A DNA stretch of 64,000 nucleotides from Octopus vulgaris (lineage: Eukaryota). Position 1 is the stretch's first letter; every line of letters starts with the position of its first letter. The position numbers and the translations under genes were made by a program. Below the pieces are notes generated by a model. That model saw only the letters and a program-made list of their open reading frames with translations. It was not told the origin of the DNA and did no database searches. The stretch lies in the NCBI GenBank assembly GCA_951406725.2, contig OX597817.1, forward strand, positions 124,868,001 to 124,932,000, read 5' to 3'. Positions 26,362 through 41,231 of the stretch are shown here, piece by piece.

Positions 26362-27653
26362 CATCATTGTTGTTGTTGTTGTTGTTATTACTATTATTGT
26401 CTTTACACAGCTTCTAACACTGGAGATGTACTAATGTAAGTGCAAATCTAGGTAAAGATTTTTGAAGTGGATTGGTAGTTGCCTGTGCATGTGACTTCCT
26501 CCCTTATCCACCCTATGTCCATGTTTAACCAAAGAAAACACTACTGATTGGAGCTGGAACTGCTTTGAAGTTGTGTCTTTGAAGTGTTGCAATCAGAATG
26601 CAAAGAGCCAGAAGAAATATTAAAAAGGCAACTTGCTGAGTCTTCTAACAGTTCTGCTAGTCTACCACCCTGAACTCGTGCTTTTTTTAAATCAACTCCA
26701 AAAAGATGGAAGGAAACGTTAACTTTGATAGGATTTGAACTTGGTGCATACAGTATTGGAACAACATCGATTAGTCATTTTATTCAATGCTTATGAACCC
26801 TGCCTTCACTTATAATGATCACAAAAAAAAAAAAAAAACATTGGAGTTATTGCCTCCTTGATCCCTATCCAATGAATTTAGGGATAGATAAACTTGTATG
26901 GATAACATTGTAAATTTGTCCACAAATTATTATAAAAGTTATACTGTTGAATTTTAAGTATTAACTGAAGTTAAACTATAAAACAGTAAGATAATTTTAC
27001 ACTGATTGTGATAAAATGAACCATAGTTATATTCATTAAGCCATTTATTAAAACTAGTTATCGTATCACAATGAGAGAACTTCTAGGTGGTTAATTGGCT
27101 AATATTAGTAGGCAAATTTATCTCAAATCACATAATAGAGTCTTCAAAAAAGAAAGGAAGGATTGACTGGACTATATAACCCAAGGTATTCAAAATTTGA
27201 ATGGATCGTAATTGAAATGCTTTTTGTCATAGGTGCACTCAGTTAGGGCACTGATAGCAACAACTAAGATTGCATTTTCATTAAAAGAGTTCAGGATTGA
27301 TTTTGTTATTGTTTGATTCACAAATTTCTTTTTAATATAAAAGCTAAACTGAATCGGCTATTTGTTTTAGAGAATGTCTTACAGTCTCCCAATTAAGAAA
27401 AGTGTTTTATCTTCCTTATTCCTGAATCATTGAAACGTTCTTTCCTTTGCTGTACAGAACAAACAATCCACAACATTTGAAAAGAGTTTGCAATAAATGA
27501 TGAAGGAGCAGCCCCAGAAGCATCAAGACTCTTGCCTTCCTTTTAAGTGTTAAGCTAAAACTGCATTAGCTAAGACTTCTCCCTTTTGTCTTATCTTTTC
27601 CTTTTGTGCTCGTTGCATTCATATAACATATATATTCATGCAAGCACACACAC

Positions 27654-27742
<89 letters not shown>

Positions 27743-28317
27743 TTCAGTTGAATATGGTACTTAAGTTAAAGGCACCAGAATTTGGTATGGTATTATCCAT
27801 ATAATTCATATATATATATATATATTCATGTGTGTACACACATATATACAGATAATATATATATATATATATTCATGTGTATACACACATATAAATTTAT
27901 ACACACACACACACACACACACACATATAAAAATGTATGTAAACACATACATGTACATACATATGTAGTAGTGTTTGTATATTTCTATATGCAAGTGTCA
28001 GCTTGTATATAGAAATAATTCAACATTAAACTGGAAGATTACTCAATCATTTTTTTCAATAGAGTACATATTTAACTTTTACAAAGAAATGACTGAAAGG
28101 GGATTTGAAGTTTTGGTTTGCAAATCTTCAAAGAGACTTTCAGTCATTTTCATGTGAAAGTTAATTAACATATACATACGCCCACACCTACACATATTCA
28201 CATATAAATATAAATATATATATAAATGTATGCATATGCTGGGAGACATTTAGTGCTTGAGAAAACCTGCCCATTAATGCTAACCAACCAAATCAGGTGT
28301 AAACGCACACATACGCA

Positions 28318-28355
<38 letters not shown>

Positions 28356-28889
28356 CTGATATGTGATAAAAACTGATTTAAAGCTGATAAACTTCACAAA
28401 AATGATGACAAATGTCAGCAATAATTGGCAAGGTGCTGTATATATGGAAACCACCAAGCATGGCAGAAAGAACACTGCCTTCACTATTGCTCTCTGCTGC
28501 CTCTGCATCCAGGATATTTTCTCTATAATTTTTCTCTGCTATTTCTTCTATCATCTTTATAGTACACTCCTGTCTCTCATATTCATACTTTTGTTGCTGC
28601 AGTCACCCACTGGTCCATAAGTGCAGGGATGAAATTTGCTTTGGTCGAACCCAAGATAGACAAAGTGTTTTCATTGCTTGACAAAAGTTTTAGGGGTGCA
28701 TATGCACCCCTTGCACCTCCTGTTCTCAAGCTTATGCTCTGACCTCTTACTATCACCCTCTCTTTTTCTTACTGCCCTCTCCCCACAGCTTCTCTGCCAT
28801 CTTAAACCTAATCCTCTCAAATTTCCTTCTGTGGCTCACCTCAATGATAACCAACACCTCTTTTTATTTCTATAACATGACACATTCTA

Positions 28890-29455
28890 TTGGGTTGTCT
28901 GGAAAGTCCGTGCTGATTTTTAAAGGAAAGAAAAAGGTCAATAAATACTTGCCATTACATTTTTAATCAACCAAATATGAACCATGTTGTTGCACAATGT
29001 GTCTCCATCTTTCCTTTAACTTGAAAATACCCTCTTCCCAGAATTGAGGTGGTTTCATGGCAAAGAATTCATCAAGGCATCTTTTTATGTCATCCAAGGA
29101 ATTGAAATTTTTACAATTAGGACTATTCTGCAGAGACCTGAATAAGTGGAAATCTGAAGGAGCAATATTTGGTGAATATGGAGGGTGGGGTAACACATCC
29201 CAGCCAAGCTGCAGCAATTTTTGTCTGGTTCCCAAATCATCAAGTGCCGAAAATGAACTTTCTCATCTTCGATTTTAAAGGGTTACAGAATTAACACAGG
29301 TTATAGGAACATAAACCTTCTTCCACGAAAAGATAGCTTAAACTGTGCTCTAAATGGAGGTGTAATCAAATCTTATTTTATGGAATTAACCATGTTCTAA
29401 AATAAGTTGAAAAGTAAGCTACTATAAATCGGCATGAACTTTCCGGACAACCTAA
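28890..29455 (-). mobile_element. Internally deleted mariner element with both TIRs
   Basis: TIRs ttgggttgtctggaaagt / actttccggacaacctaa. ORF has LGWDVLPHPPYSPNIAPSDFHLFRSLQ. Same structure as 48231-48792. Confidence 0.92.
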
Positions 29456-30248
29456 CAGATTCTCACTGCCCTTATATCTTTCTTACGTTACCTTCTCTCA
29501 TGTTTTCTGTTCATATATTTGGGAAAGCACTGGATTCCCCAGCCACAAACACATAACCTACTCCAGGACTAATCACAATAAATATGTTTCTTCTCATTAT
29601 ACCTTAGCCATCGCATCACACCAAAACTCATCATTCTCTCTCTGCTTTATGTCACAAAGCACTCCTTAGCACATTGGTGTTGCTAGTTGCAATATGGTCT
29701 CGCTGCTCCTTGAGGCACACAAAGAAAAGCATCCAGTACTCTCAGTAATGTGACTAGCATTAGGAAGTGCATCCAACCATAGAAACTAAAAACCCAAGAC
29801 CCAGGAACATGGTGTGGTTCTCCAATTTGTCAGATTTTGTCAAGCTGTTCAACCAATACCAGCATGGAAAATGGATATAAATGGTGATGATGATGATAAC
29901 ATGTGTATGTATGTATGTATGTATGTATGTATGTATGTATGTATGTATGTATGTATGTATGTATGTATGTATGTTGCCAATTCTGTACAAGACTTTGTAG
30001 AACTTTAGCTGGGCTAAAATGTCACATTCGATCACAGCACCAGTAACTGTTAAGCTTTGTGCAATGGCCATACTCGATAACGAGGGGGCAGCCATAATAA
30101 TGTATCTATGTATGTATGCATGTTTGATTGTTCAGTTTTATTTCAAGATTTCTTGCCAATAGAGAAAGAGTTGGTTTCTAACCCAGATCCAAGCCTCCTT
30201 CATTGAAATTTCAACATTAACAACAGGGTATTTTTGTTTGTATGTATG

Positions 30249-30282
<34 letters not shown>

Positions 30283-30743
30283 TGTATGTATGTATGTATG
30301 TATGTATGTATGTACACATGTATGTATTTATGTATGTACACAAGTATGTATGTATGCATGTATGCATATATATGTGCAGGTTTGTATGTTTTGCCTTATG
30401 TATGTATTCTCATGCATATAGTTGCATGTCTAAACTTGCTCATATATATTTAAATGATAAAATTCGGGAAAGTTTTACAGATTTTTACAGTTTCAGTGAT
30501 GGATTAGAACTGTAGTCTTTCTGATTTTGAGAAGCCTTATTTAGGCAGCGTGTTACATATTCCAGGGCCCCAATAATTACAGGTATAAACCTGACTTTGT
30601 CATCTGGATAAAGTAACTGCAGATTTCTCAATAGTTCAGCGTAGGTATTACCTTTTTCCCTGATCTTCAGCTTTATGTATGTATGTATTCATGTATGCAT
30701 GTACATATGTATGTGTGTAAATACATAAATATGTATGCATGTA

Positions 30744-30960
30744 CAAGAGGGTATCGAAAAGTTCCTAGCTTTAAGGGTATTGTGAAGGGCCTGGTTGGAG
30801 GCCCAACCTTCCAAGTTCTTTTACAGGGCTTAGAAAAACTGAAGGACCACTGCAATAAGTGTGTGAATCGGAGAGGGGAATATGTTGAATAAAATCATAA
30901 TTAAATGATCCTCTTGTATTTTCTTTCACCTAAAACCAGGAACTTTTCAGCATATTCCTG
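30744..30960 (+). mobile_element. Mariner-derived MITE, copy 2
   Basis: gaaaagttcctagcttt / aaaccaggaacttttcagca. Retains the transposase C-terminus CNKCVNRRGEYVE*. Confidence 0.8.
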
Positions 30961-31239
30961 TGTGTGTGTAGTTTCCTTGTACTTCCTTGTTGCCATTGAC
31001 ATTTCTAACTTTACATCTATGACCCCTCAGATGACTATTCAATTCTGCTGCAGATCTGCATGATCTGAAGCATAAGTGACAGGCAAAAGATGTAACGTCT
31101 TCACTGCAGTTAGTTCCCTTTGACAGAAAGACTCAACTATGATAATAAGATAAACTGCAGCTGTGTACAGATGTCTTTCCTATGTGCAGGTGTCTTTCTT
31201 CATCTTGATCAAATCTAAATGGAAGGGAAAAAGACCCTC

Positions 31240-31490
31240 TCCTCCTCCTCCTCATCATCATCATCATCATCATCATCCTCATCATCATCATCATCATCAT
31301 CATCACCCTCATTCTCCGCATCATCATCATTATCAACAACATCATCATTGTCATCATCGTCGTCATCATCAATGTCGTCATCATCATTGTTGTTGTCCTT
31401 CCCCCTCCTCCTTCTCATCATCATCTTCATCATTATCATCATCATTGTCATCATCGATGTCATCATCATCATCAACAACAACAACAACCC
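31240..31490. repeat. Degenerate (CAT)n/(CCT)n array
   Basis: Directly visible; source of the poly-H/D/M/S ORFs. Confidence 0.9.
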
Positions 31491-32208
31491 CCACCTGATG
31501 TTACTGGCTCAAGTACTGGGTTTCATAGGACCAGTTTCCATGTCATACTGGGGGTAGAGGTTGCAATATTCCTCCCGAATGGGATGCCAGTTCATTGCAA
31601 AGTTACTCGTTTACAGCTCAGTGAACTGGATCAACGCAAAATGAAATATTTTGTTCAGGAACCATGCACCCAGCCAGTCCAAGAATTGAACTCACAATCA
31701 TAATATCATGAGTTCAACACCCTAACCACTAGGTTATGTGCCTTCACTGATACTGATTGTATTCATAAATTTATATAGGTTTGTATTATATAAGGAAATA
31801 AGAGTATTGAGGTTTTGTGTAAAAGAATCTTTCAGAAAGAAATGAAAAATAGATATAAGTTTATGTGGCACAGAGCATATGGACTAGATGAAAATACGAA
31901 GGAAGTAAAATTAGAGGGAACAGGAACGAGAGAACAGGGGAAACCAGATGAAAATGTGGGTTTATAAGAGGCTATTGGCTAGACTAAAATACTAATTAAA
32001 ACATCTGTGTGGTAGTGGAAGACTTAAAAACCCATCAAGATGATGTCTACCAAATATGGTATCATAATGGATCACGTATCAAAATATAGGTTTCTTTTAC
32101 TGTTACTCTATATATACACATACATACATGAACACAAATACATACACACACACACGGATATATATCTATATATACACATATATATGTGTGTGTATATATA
32201 TATATATA

Positions 32209-32277
<69 letters not shown>

Positions 32278-32644
32278 GCAATTTAATTTTATTTGCCTTT
32301 GAGATTTAGGAAAAAAAAAAATCAAATATTCAGAATGTTCTTCCATACATCACAATAACACATTGATGAAAAACTTAGAAAATAGAATAAGTTTCAAAAT
32401 ATCACTGACAGTTCAGTGAACTAGTTAACATGTTAGAGGGGAGGAATATTATGATTTCTGCAATATCTGAATATATAACATTTTATTTGAAGAAATACGT
32501 TCTAATATTTTTGAAAGACAATAAAAACTAAAGTTTATATCCTTTGTGCTTCTTCAAAATATATAAAATATATGCAAATGATTTCAGTTGGATATTTTTG
32601 TTGCAGAAACTCTTTAAAAAAATCTTAAATATTAATTCATACCA

Positions 32645-32679
<35 letters not shown>

Positions 32680-33100
32680 TGTATGTATGTATGTATGTAT
32701 GTATATGCATATGTATGTGTATATATTTGTGTACGTGTGTATGCATACACACACAAATATAAGTATGTATAATGTGATGTGTATCAGTTCAGGGGAGCAA
32801 AAAAATTTATCAGTGTTTGTATGCATGTGAGTGGAGTTTGTGTTTGTGGTATGTGCGTGTGTATGGACCTGTATGTTGTTAAATCAGCTTAGAGAGTAGA
32901 AATTTCTGCTCTAATGGCAGAGTCTATGCAATAAATGTATTAATAAAAGAAAAACATTTTGAAACATTCCAAGAGAAATTTCAAAGTTGCCAAATATCAA
33001 ATATCTCTACATACAATGGAAAACTTGAGCAGCAGAAACACACACAAACACCATCTACAGACACATACACACACGCAAATACTTACACATGCATATATGC

Positions 33101-33140
<40 letters not shown>

Positions 33141-33150
33141 ATTTAACAAA

Positions 33151-33191
<41 letters not shown>

Positions 33192-36100
33192 CGTACATAT
33201 ATGTGTAGTGTTTTGAATATACATGCATTTCTACAGAAGCAGATATAAACAATGCATTTGTTGTGTTCAGTCAATGCTCACATTCTTCATACAAGCTCTC
33301 ATAGAAATGTTTCAAAGTAATGTATATGCATACAACTATCTGTGAATGTAGATGTTAAAGAATCAGAGAAATGCATATCAAATTATAAAAAAAAAAGATT
33401 GTTGAAATTTTTTTTCTTAGCAAATAAACATACCGAATCTAAGAAAAAAAATAAAGAAAATGTAAAAAGAAATCTTGAGAAAGAAATTTTGAAGAGAATA
33501 TATTAAAAAAAATGCTATTCCTATACTTCTGATATGTCAAACTTAATATAAGGACTTTTGATTTAAAGAAAATGACATTAAAATAATATCATCACACACT
33601 ACATACACACATATATAGGATCCCTATAAAATATGGATGATTCTAAAACTGCACAGCTACAAAACAGCGAATTTAGATTTATTTGCAATAAGAAAGAAGG
33701 GGGAAAAGCAGCAATTTGATGCATCTTTTTTTAGATAAATTTTAAAAGACAAACATTTTCATAAAAATTCCTAAATACGAATCCCAGAACTCAAACTGAT
33801 TAATAGAAAAATGAATAAATAAAATAAACATTTTGGAGAAAATATTATTTTAAAAAGTATTTGGTTAAGCAATTTTGGAACAATCCATGTTTACGTAATT
33901 TTCCTTTTCTGAAAGTCTTTGTAATATTTCATGTAACAAATACTAGTTTTCTTTTCTTTGTCTTTTTATAGTACATGGGGAATTCTTTTTATTCCTGGAA
34001 TTAGAAAAGAAATTTGAAATGATTTATGGATTAGTATTTCTTTATGTATTAATATAGTAATTTTTATATTTATATTTCTTAAGCAAAATGCTGTTGTTTT
34101 TCCCTCACTGATCATTTCTCATACAACAGACCTTTGATCAAAGAATTCTAGCCTTGAATATCCATCCCTTTTTTTCTTTTGTTTTTTGCAGATCAAATAC
34201 ATAATCCACTTTAAACACACTTTCCTAAAGTCTTATTTGAGGAGGATTTAGTTACTATTTTATGTCGACAAAGGGACCAAATAGAAGCTCTCTAGTTAGT
34301 TAACTGTTACTATTTAACCTTGACTGAGAAGGGCTCTGATAAAATGTCTTTCTCTGGTTATTTCCTTCCATTTTCCTTTTATTACTGCATCATTGAGTGG
34401 TAGAGTAAGATTTTAGGGAAACTTTGCTGCTAAATCTACAAAGAGGAAGTAATATATATACACTTACTATCCAGTTTTTATTCAGTGTCGTGTAGAAGTA
34501 TAGGGTAATTAGGAACGTGAATAAAAAGCAAGAAGCTATGCAAATCTCATTGTAATGATCCATATACCTATTCTAGCCATGCTCATTTTCATGTGAAGCT
34601 CTTATATCTAAGCAGTGAGTGAAATTTTTGTATTCTTATGCATCTGTATTTCTCTATGCTTTATGATTGTACCATTTTATAGTTTTAGGCAGTGACTGAG
34701 ATTCAATTACAACATTTCTCCTTAGACTTTTGACTCCGAAACTAGAGAACTTCATCTAATTCATTCAAGCTCATAATATCATGAGAATAACACAGGGCTG
34801 CCAACAAATAATACATGGATTTGATTTCAGCTGCTTGGGCTATCAATTTGCATTCTTATTCACAAGCACTTTTAAGTATCTTGCAAACATATGTTGTTTA
34901 AAAATCTGTCGAAACATATTGACCATTCAATTACAATTTAGTGTAAAGCGAAATAGATTCTGCTCATTCAGTTGTTGAAATTGCTAGAGAGTGAGATGGA
35001 TTTCTTAAAATTGAGTGAATATATTATTAGTCAAAATGTTGCAACTTTTAATGTCAGAACAGGAATAAAACACTATGTATTGAAATCATGCTCTCTGTTT
35101 AACAGCAACAAAAGTCCAAACAGAAATAAATGACATATGCAAATTCACATGATAAAGGATCCAAAATCCATTTTCAAAATGATTGTTTTAGCATAAATGT
35201 TAGACATATATGGTATAGCTGTTATTACAGTACATCAGCAACAAAAATAGCAGTAGGTTAAATTATTAGGGGCTTCTTATGTTTTATTCAGTTCATTGTT
35301 TGTTCTATGGAACCATCTATGGAACCATTTGTTTTTGAAAAATTGTAAACATACTGACCATTGAAACTAAATAATCTTGTAAATAAGTGTGCCATTAGTG
35401 GTTAGAGTGTTGGACTCATGATCATTAGATTATGGGTTTGATTCTTGGACTAGGTGATGTACTGAGACCTTGAGCAAGGCACATCATTTTGCCTGTTCAG
35501 CCAAAAATGAGTACTACCCTACTGCTGATACAGCCCCTCCTCCTCTTCCTCTCACCAGCTGTTACATGATAGATGTTAGGTTGGGCGAACAGTAGGAGGG
35601 CCAAAAAGGTGTTTATATTTGGTCATGGCTACATAAGCACTTAAAACAATTAAAGTATTGTACATGCTACTAAGTGGATGTGTGTGGCTTAGTGGTTATG
35701 GTGTCAGCACCATGATCGTACGATTGTGGTTTTGATTCCTGGACCGGATGACGCATTGTGTTCTTGAGCAAAACACTTCATTTCACATTGCTCCAGTCTA
35801 CTCAGCTGGCAAAAATGAGTAACACTACAATGGACTGGAGTCCCATCCAGCTGGGGAACACATACACCATAGAAACCAGGAAACTGGGCCCATGAGCCTG
35901 GCTAAGCTTTAAAAGGGTGAATTTATTATATCATTTACATGCTACTAAGCCATGTCCATTTGCAAGTGATGACTATGATTTTACTAATCACCCATCATTA
36001 CAAAGAAATAAAATCTAAAATTTCAATTAGAAACTGATGTGTTTATTGGCAAAGTATTCAGTTCAACATAACTATACATAAATACATTAGAACAATGTAC

Positions 36101-36465
36101 TGAAATGAATTCCAGAAAAGAATTAGCATCAAATACTTTAGATTCTTCTTCTCATAGCTCTCATAGTTATAATCACTGTTATTATCATCCTCAGTGTAAT
36201 TTTTATGTCTGCTTTTCTCTGCTGGCAAGTGTTGAACAAAACTTATCCTGTCACCAACTCTTGCTTTCTTTCTTTTTCAAGTAAAATACATTTCTTTTTT
36301 GTTCCATACATCAAAACTGGTGAGCTTCGGCAGATATTGTTTATGAGAGTTGTAAACAAACGATCTCACCTTTGCTCAAAATACATGAATTGAGAGACAC
36401 ATGAGAACAAACACCAATACATGTGCATGGCCAATGTACACACAGGCACAAATACATACATATAC

Positions 36466-36516
<51 letters not shown>

Positions 36517-36560
36517 ATATACACACATGCACACACACATATATATATATGTATAAAGAT

Positions 36561-36729
36561 AGAGGAAGAGAAAAGGAAAAAGGAGTGCTAGATGGTGGTC
36601 AAAATATTACATTCTTATCTCTTCCTTCTCTCCCTTCTATTACTTTTATCTACTGATAGCTTTCCCCTCCCCACCCCTCACAATATCTTGACCACCATCT
36701 AGCACTCCTTTTTCCTTTTCTCTTCCTCT
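36561..36729. repeat. 48-bp inverted repeat (47/48 identical) with 73-nt spacer
   Basis: 36561-36608 agaggaagag...ggtggtcaaaatatt matches the reverse complement of 36682-36729. Confidence 0.93.
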
Positions 36730-37134
36730 TTCTTTCCTCCTCTAATCTTTTTTTACTAATACCATTTTTCTTCCCTCTAACATAATTATGTATCCTCTTC
36801 TCTCTATCTATTTCCTCCTACCAGTATATTCTCAAAATTTCATTTACACTACAATATCCCTTTGAATGAATGGCACATGGAATTTATATCCAAACACTAT
36901 CCATTTGTAATAACTAGAATATGGACTTCTATTGGAATTTTGCATACCATGGACAAGAAACCTCTTTACCCATTCTACACAGCACTTTCCTTGGATAATG
37001 GAACAGCAACTTTAACATCCAGCATATATTTTTTTATTCTCACACTTTCCTTTATATTTCTTATATCTCTACCTTTCCAAAATAACTTCTTATATTGAAC
37101 TCTACCATTTCCTTCTATTTAACTCTCTAATGTC

Positions 37135-37182
37135 GTCTCTGATGATGGGATATCGTTTATATCCCTGAAACAGCTGTAAGAC
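37135..37182 (+). ncRNA. Type I hammerhead ribozyme motif, canonical core
   Basis: gtct-CTGATGA-t-gggatat-cgttt-atatccc-t-GAAAC-agct-GTA-agac. Helix I is gtct/agac, helix II is 7 bp, and helix III is palindromic. Confidence 0.8.
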
Positions 37183-37297
37183 TACGTTTCTCTTTATAAA
37201 TGTCCTAGAAATTTCACAGTGGCTTTGTTGTCTCATTTTATTTAACACACACACATACACACACACATATATGCATGTTAATGTATATACATATACA

Positions 37298-37404
<107 letters not shown>

Positions 37405-37500
37405 CGGGAAGCTTTACGAAAATAAACAAAAGACGAAGGCAGGTGGAATACAAACAAACAATTGTATTAGTATGGCGCTCAGGAATATAAATAAAACAAG

Positions 37501-37538
37501 TCTTTTACGTTTCGAGCCTACACTCTTCAACAGAAAGA
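37501..37538 (-). ncRNA. Minimal type I hammerhead-like motif (variant core CTGTTGA)
   Basis: Minus strand reads tcttt-CTGTTGA-a-gagt-gtag-gctc-GAAAC-GTA-aaaga. Helix I is a perfect 5 bp and helix III is the palindrome ACGT. Confidence 0.65.
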
Positions 37539-37597
37539 TACACAGAAAAGAAACACGGAGAGAAACAAGGAGAGAAAAAAAAATGCGTGTATATATA

Positions 37598-37644
<47 letters not shown>

Positions 37645-38196
37645 GTGGTATTACTTGTGAGGTCTTTCATGAGTGCTGCTGAATGTGAGGCACCCCACTA
37701 GGCTTGCCTGCTGAGGAGGGTTGCTAGAAACCAGCAGGACTAAAAACATGATTTGTCAAAAGGATAGATGAATCTAGTGTAAATTCAACGATAATCTAGC
37801 AATAGCACAGGTCTTCAGAAATTCTGTGTTGGTATCTGTCATGCTGGAAGACAACTGAGAGTGAGGCACCCCTTAAATTTTGTATGTCTTTAAGAAAATG
37901 TCACTGGTATAAAACCAGATATGCAAAGAATGGTATACAGCATTTTGGGAATCTTTTGCTTTCTCTTCAGATTATGTTGCACCCACATTCCTGAGCCAGT
38001 GACCCATATTGGCACTGGATATCTTGTTTTGGCTTGTGTCTGAATTATATCAGTAGGATGGAGAGGGTCTGTGAGATGTTTTGTAAGCCTAATGCATGGG
38101 CATTGCTGGCATGTTTTGCATGAGCAATGGTCAGGGGTGATCTTCCTCAGTCATGAGCAGACAACCATCATCATAAAATTACACACACACACACAT

Positions 38197-38273
<77 letters not shown>

Positions 38274-40552
38274 GTGCTTTCATACAATGTCCATTAACTA
38301 ATTTCACTTATAAGGTGTTAATCAGTCTGTGATTATATTAGAAAAGATTTTCTCTAACTTCCACAAGACCAGATGGTTTTGAAATAGACTTTGCAACTAC
38401 CCAGCTATATCGATGTTAATATTAATAAAAATTACATATTTACACAATGAAACTTGTTCAGCCATTCATATTTATGTCTGTCAAAAACAATACAGCAAAT
38501 TTATTAAACAAATATTTACAGATTTTTCTTACATTTTATTAATTTATGAGATCACAGACATATACCCCACAAAATATTCTGTTGTTTGTATTTCTATTTT
38601 ATAGAACAAACCAAAATGAAAGATTTGCAATATAAAATCGCTCACAGGAATTAAAACCGTAGAGGTAGAACTGGCACAGTAGCTTCCTAAATTTTAAGAT
38701 GATTGGACAAAGTTCAACTTCAGAAGAATAAATTGCAAATGACATTTGCAAAATTTAGGCATTATTATATTCCTAAAATGTTCCAACCAAAAATTAAAAT
38801 TTGATTTGGAGCATAATACTTCATAGTTCCTGGCATAAACCAGAAAACCCATTCCAAGTCTTAGAAAAACCATAAGTTCTAGTTGTTACAACAATGGTTG
38901 CACTGCTGCCCTGTAAAGCAGTTAGCACCTCAATTTGGCAATGTGTCAACCAGTTCAGGTATATATAAAACAGGAATTAAAGTTAACAAGGTAGTATGTA
39001 TGATTACTATTTGTGACAAAATGCTGAATAGTTTTATTTTCAGTTCAATAAGTTATATGTGAATAATTCAATTTCATTGTTATCCACACAAGTTAAATTG
39101 TTATTGAAGTTGAAAGCATATGCTCTGTAAAGGTGTAAGAGTTATTGTACATGATTTAAAGTAACATTGATTTCCTTTATTGGCAGTAATCCACAAATTT
39201 GTAGGAGAGGTGAGTAGGTAATTAAATCAACCCAAGTACCTGTCTGTTCCTTATTTTACTGAATCACCAAAGAAGACATATAAGTTTGCCAAATGTAAGT
39301 TATTCAGTAATACCAGTGTGCTTTCAACAATATGATTCATGATAATTTCTTTTATATGATGGCCTGAAGAAGACTTTCCAGACTTCTCAGAATCACCTAG
39401 ACAAGGCAAAATAGGGATAACTGGATGAAGTAATTTAGTACTGTAAATGTTCCATTCCATTAGATTCGAGTTGCTAGGCAGAGAAGAACAAGCAGTAGTG
39501 GTGACAGTTTCATAGAGATGCATAGGAGGGTAGTCTAGGAAAGAAGTTCCTGAGAAAAAAATACTTCCTTGTATGTGTGATATTTAGAGGGACATAAATA
39601 AAAGCAGGAAAGGTACAGGGCATTGTATGGGTTTAAATGTAGTGTGTAAGTAAAAAAAAATGAAAAGACAGTGCTGTAGTTGCCACTGAATAGTCAGTAA
39701 GCAGAAAAGTGGTAAGTTTCAAAATTTGTGGGTATGAATCATTGCCTTAGATGTATTGAATTTAATGACTAGTGAATAACTTCCCCATCTAACTCATAAA
39801 TGCCTTTAGTGCTATCCACTCTATCGCAAGCATTCAGTAGATCCCCTATTTGAGGAAAACATTTTCCATTTCTTATACAGGTCAACTCTTCCTAGCCTGT
39901 CTTTGAAGTTGCTGTTCAAGGAAAAAAAAAAAAAGCCAAAAAACTCACAGATCTACATCAAAAATATTTTGTATACTCTTATGCGTATTTGTGTACATAT
40001 GTGTATTTCTGTTGATATGTTTTCAGATACATGCTAGAAAAAGACACTTTTAGTTTGGCAGAATGTATTTCAAAATGATTTTTAATACCAGCATAATAAA
40101 GGCTCAATATAGAAGATATTGCTTTGCTATATTACTTTGTATGAACAATTTGTTTATTACTGTCAGAGATATAAAGCCGAAGGTTGGCAGAATCATATGA
40201 TTAGAGCAAAAAAAAAAAAAAAGCCTTGCAGTCTTCATTTCATTACTTTATTTTCTGAGTTCAAATCCTACCAAGGTCAACTCTGTTCTGACCCCTCCAG
40301 AATTGATCAAACAAAACAGCAGTTAAGTACTGGTGTTTATGCAATCAACTAATCTCCTCCACTCAAGAATGTCAGCTTTGTGCCTAAAACATACACCATT
40401 ATTGTCAGAGATACACATATAATGATCATGTACTTGGATACTTTTAAAATGCTCTCATAGTTAAGCCCTTGGTCCATCTTGATCAAGGTTACATATGATC
40501 AAATATATTCCATGACCATTCCATTTTTCTGGCACAGCAAAACAATCATCAT

Positions 40553-40840
40553 CATCATCATCATTTAACGTCCGTTTTCCATGCTAGCATGGGTTGGACG
40601 ATTTGACCGAGTACTGGCGAACCAGATGGCTGCACCAGACTCCAATCAGATCTGGAAGAGTTTCTACAGCTGGATGCCCTTCCTAGCGCCAACCACTCTG
40701 AGAGTGTAGTGGGTACTTTTATGTGCTACCGGCACGAAGGCCAGTTAGGTGGTACTGGCAACGGTCACGCTCATATGGCATTTTTTACATGCCACCGGCA
40801 CAGGAGCCAGTCCAGTGGCACTGGCAACGACCTTGCTAGA
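40553..40840 (-). mobile_element. RTE 3'-end copy (5'-truncated LINE or RTE-tail SINE)
   Basis: catcatttaacgtccgttttccatgctagcatgggttggacga, closely matching 52530 onward. Older copies at ~29700-29895, 45700-45880 and 46650-46870. Confidence 0.85.
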
Positions 40841-41231
40841 AATCCTACTTCTAAGAAATTATGTTGCCATGCAAAGGCTTTCTTGTTAGCTTGACTTTAA
40901 ACTTGTTCTATATGTATGTCCATGGGACTAATGGATTTCCCGAAAATTTATCCAAGATTCTTGAACATATGAACATAGGATACTAAGAAATGTAATTGTT
41001 CATTTCCATATTTTTCTTTCAAGGATTTGGAATGATTTATGAAAGGTGACATAATTCACAGAACTATGTATTTACAGGCATTCAATCTTATTATAGCGTA
41101 TTGTGATGGGATCTAACTTAACTTTAAAATAATGTATCCAAAACCTGTTAAGAACGGGATTTCTTTTAAAAGAAATACAATGGAAAAATGAAAGTTCTTT
41201 GTGATTAAGATATTGAATAACCACCTCATAC

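Noticed and set aside
37700-37742. cctg-CTGAGGA...GAAAC-cag-cagg hammerhead-like string
   Set aside because: No NUH cleavage triplet and no credible helix II; better explained as a simple hairpin.
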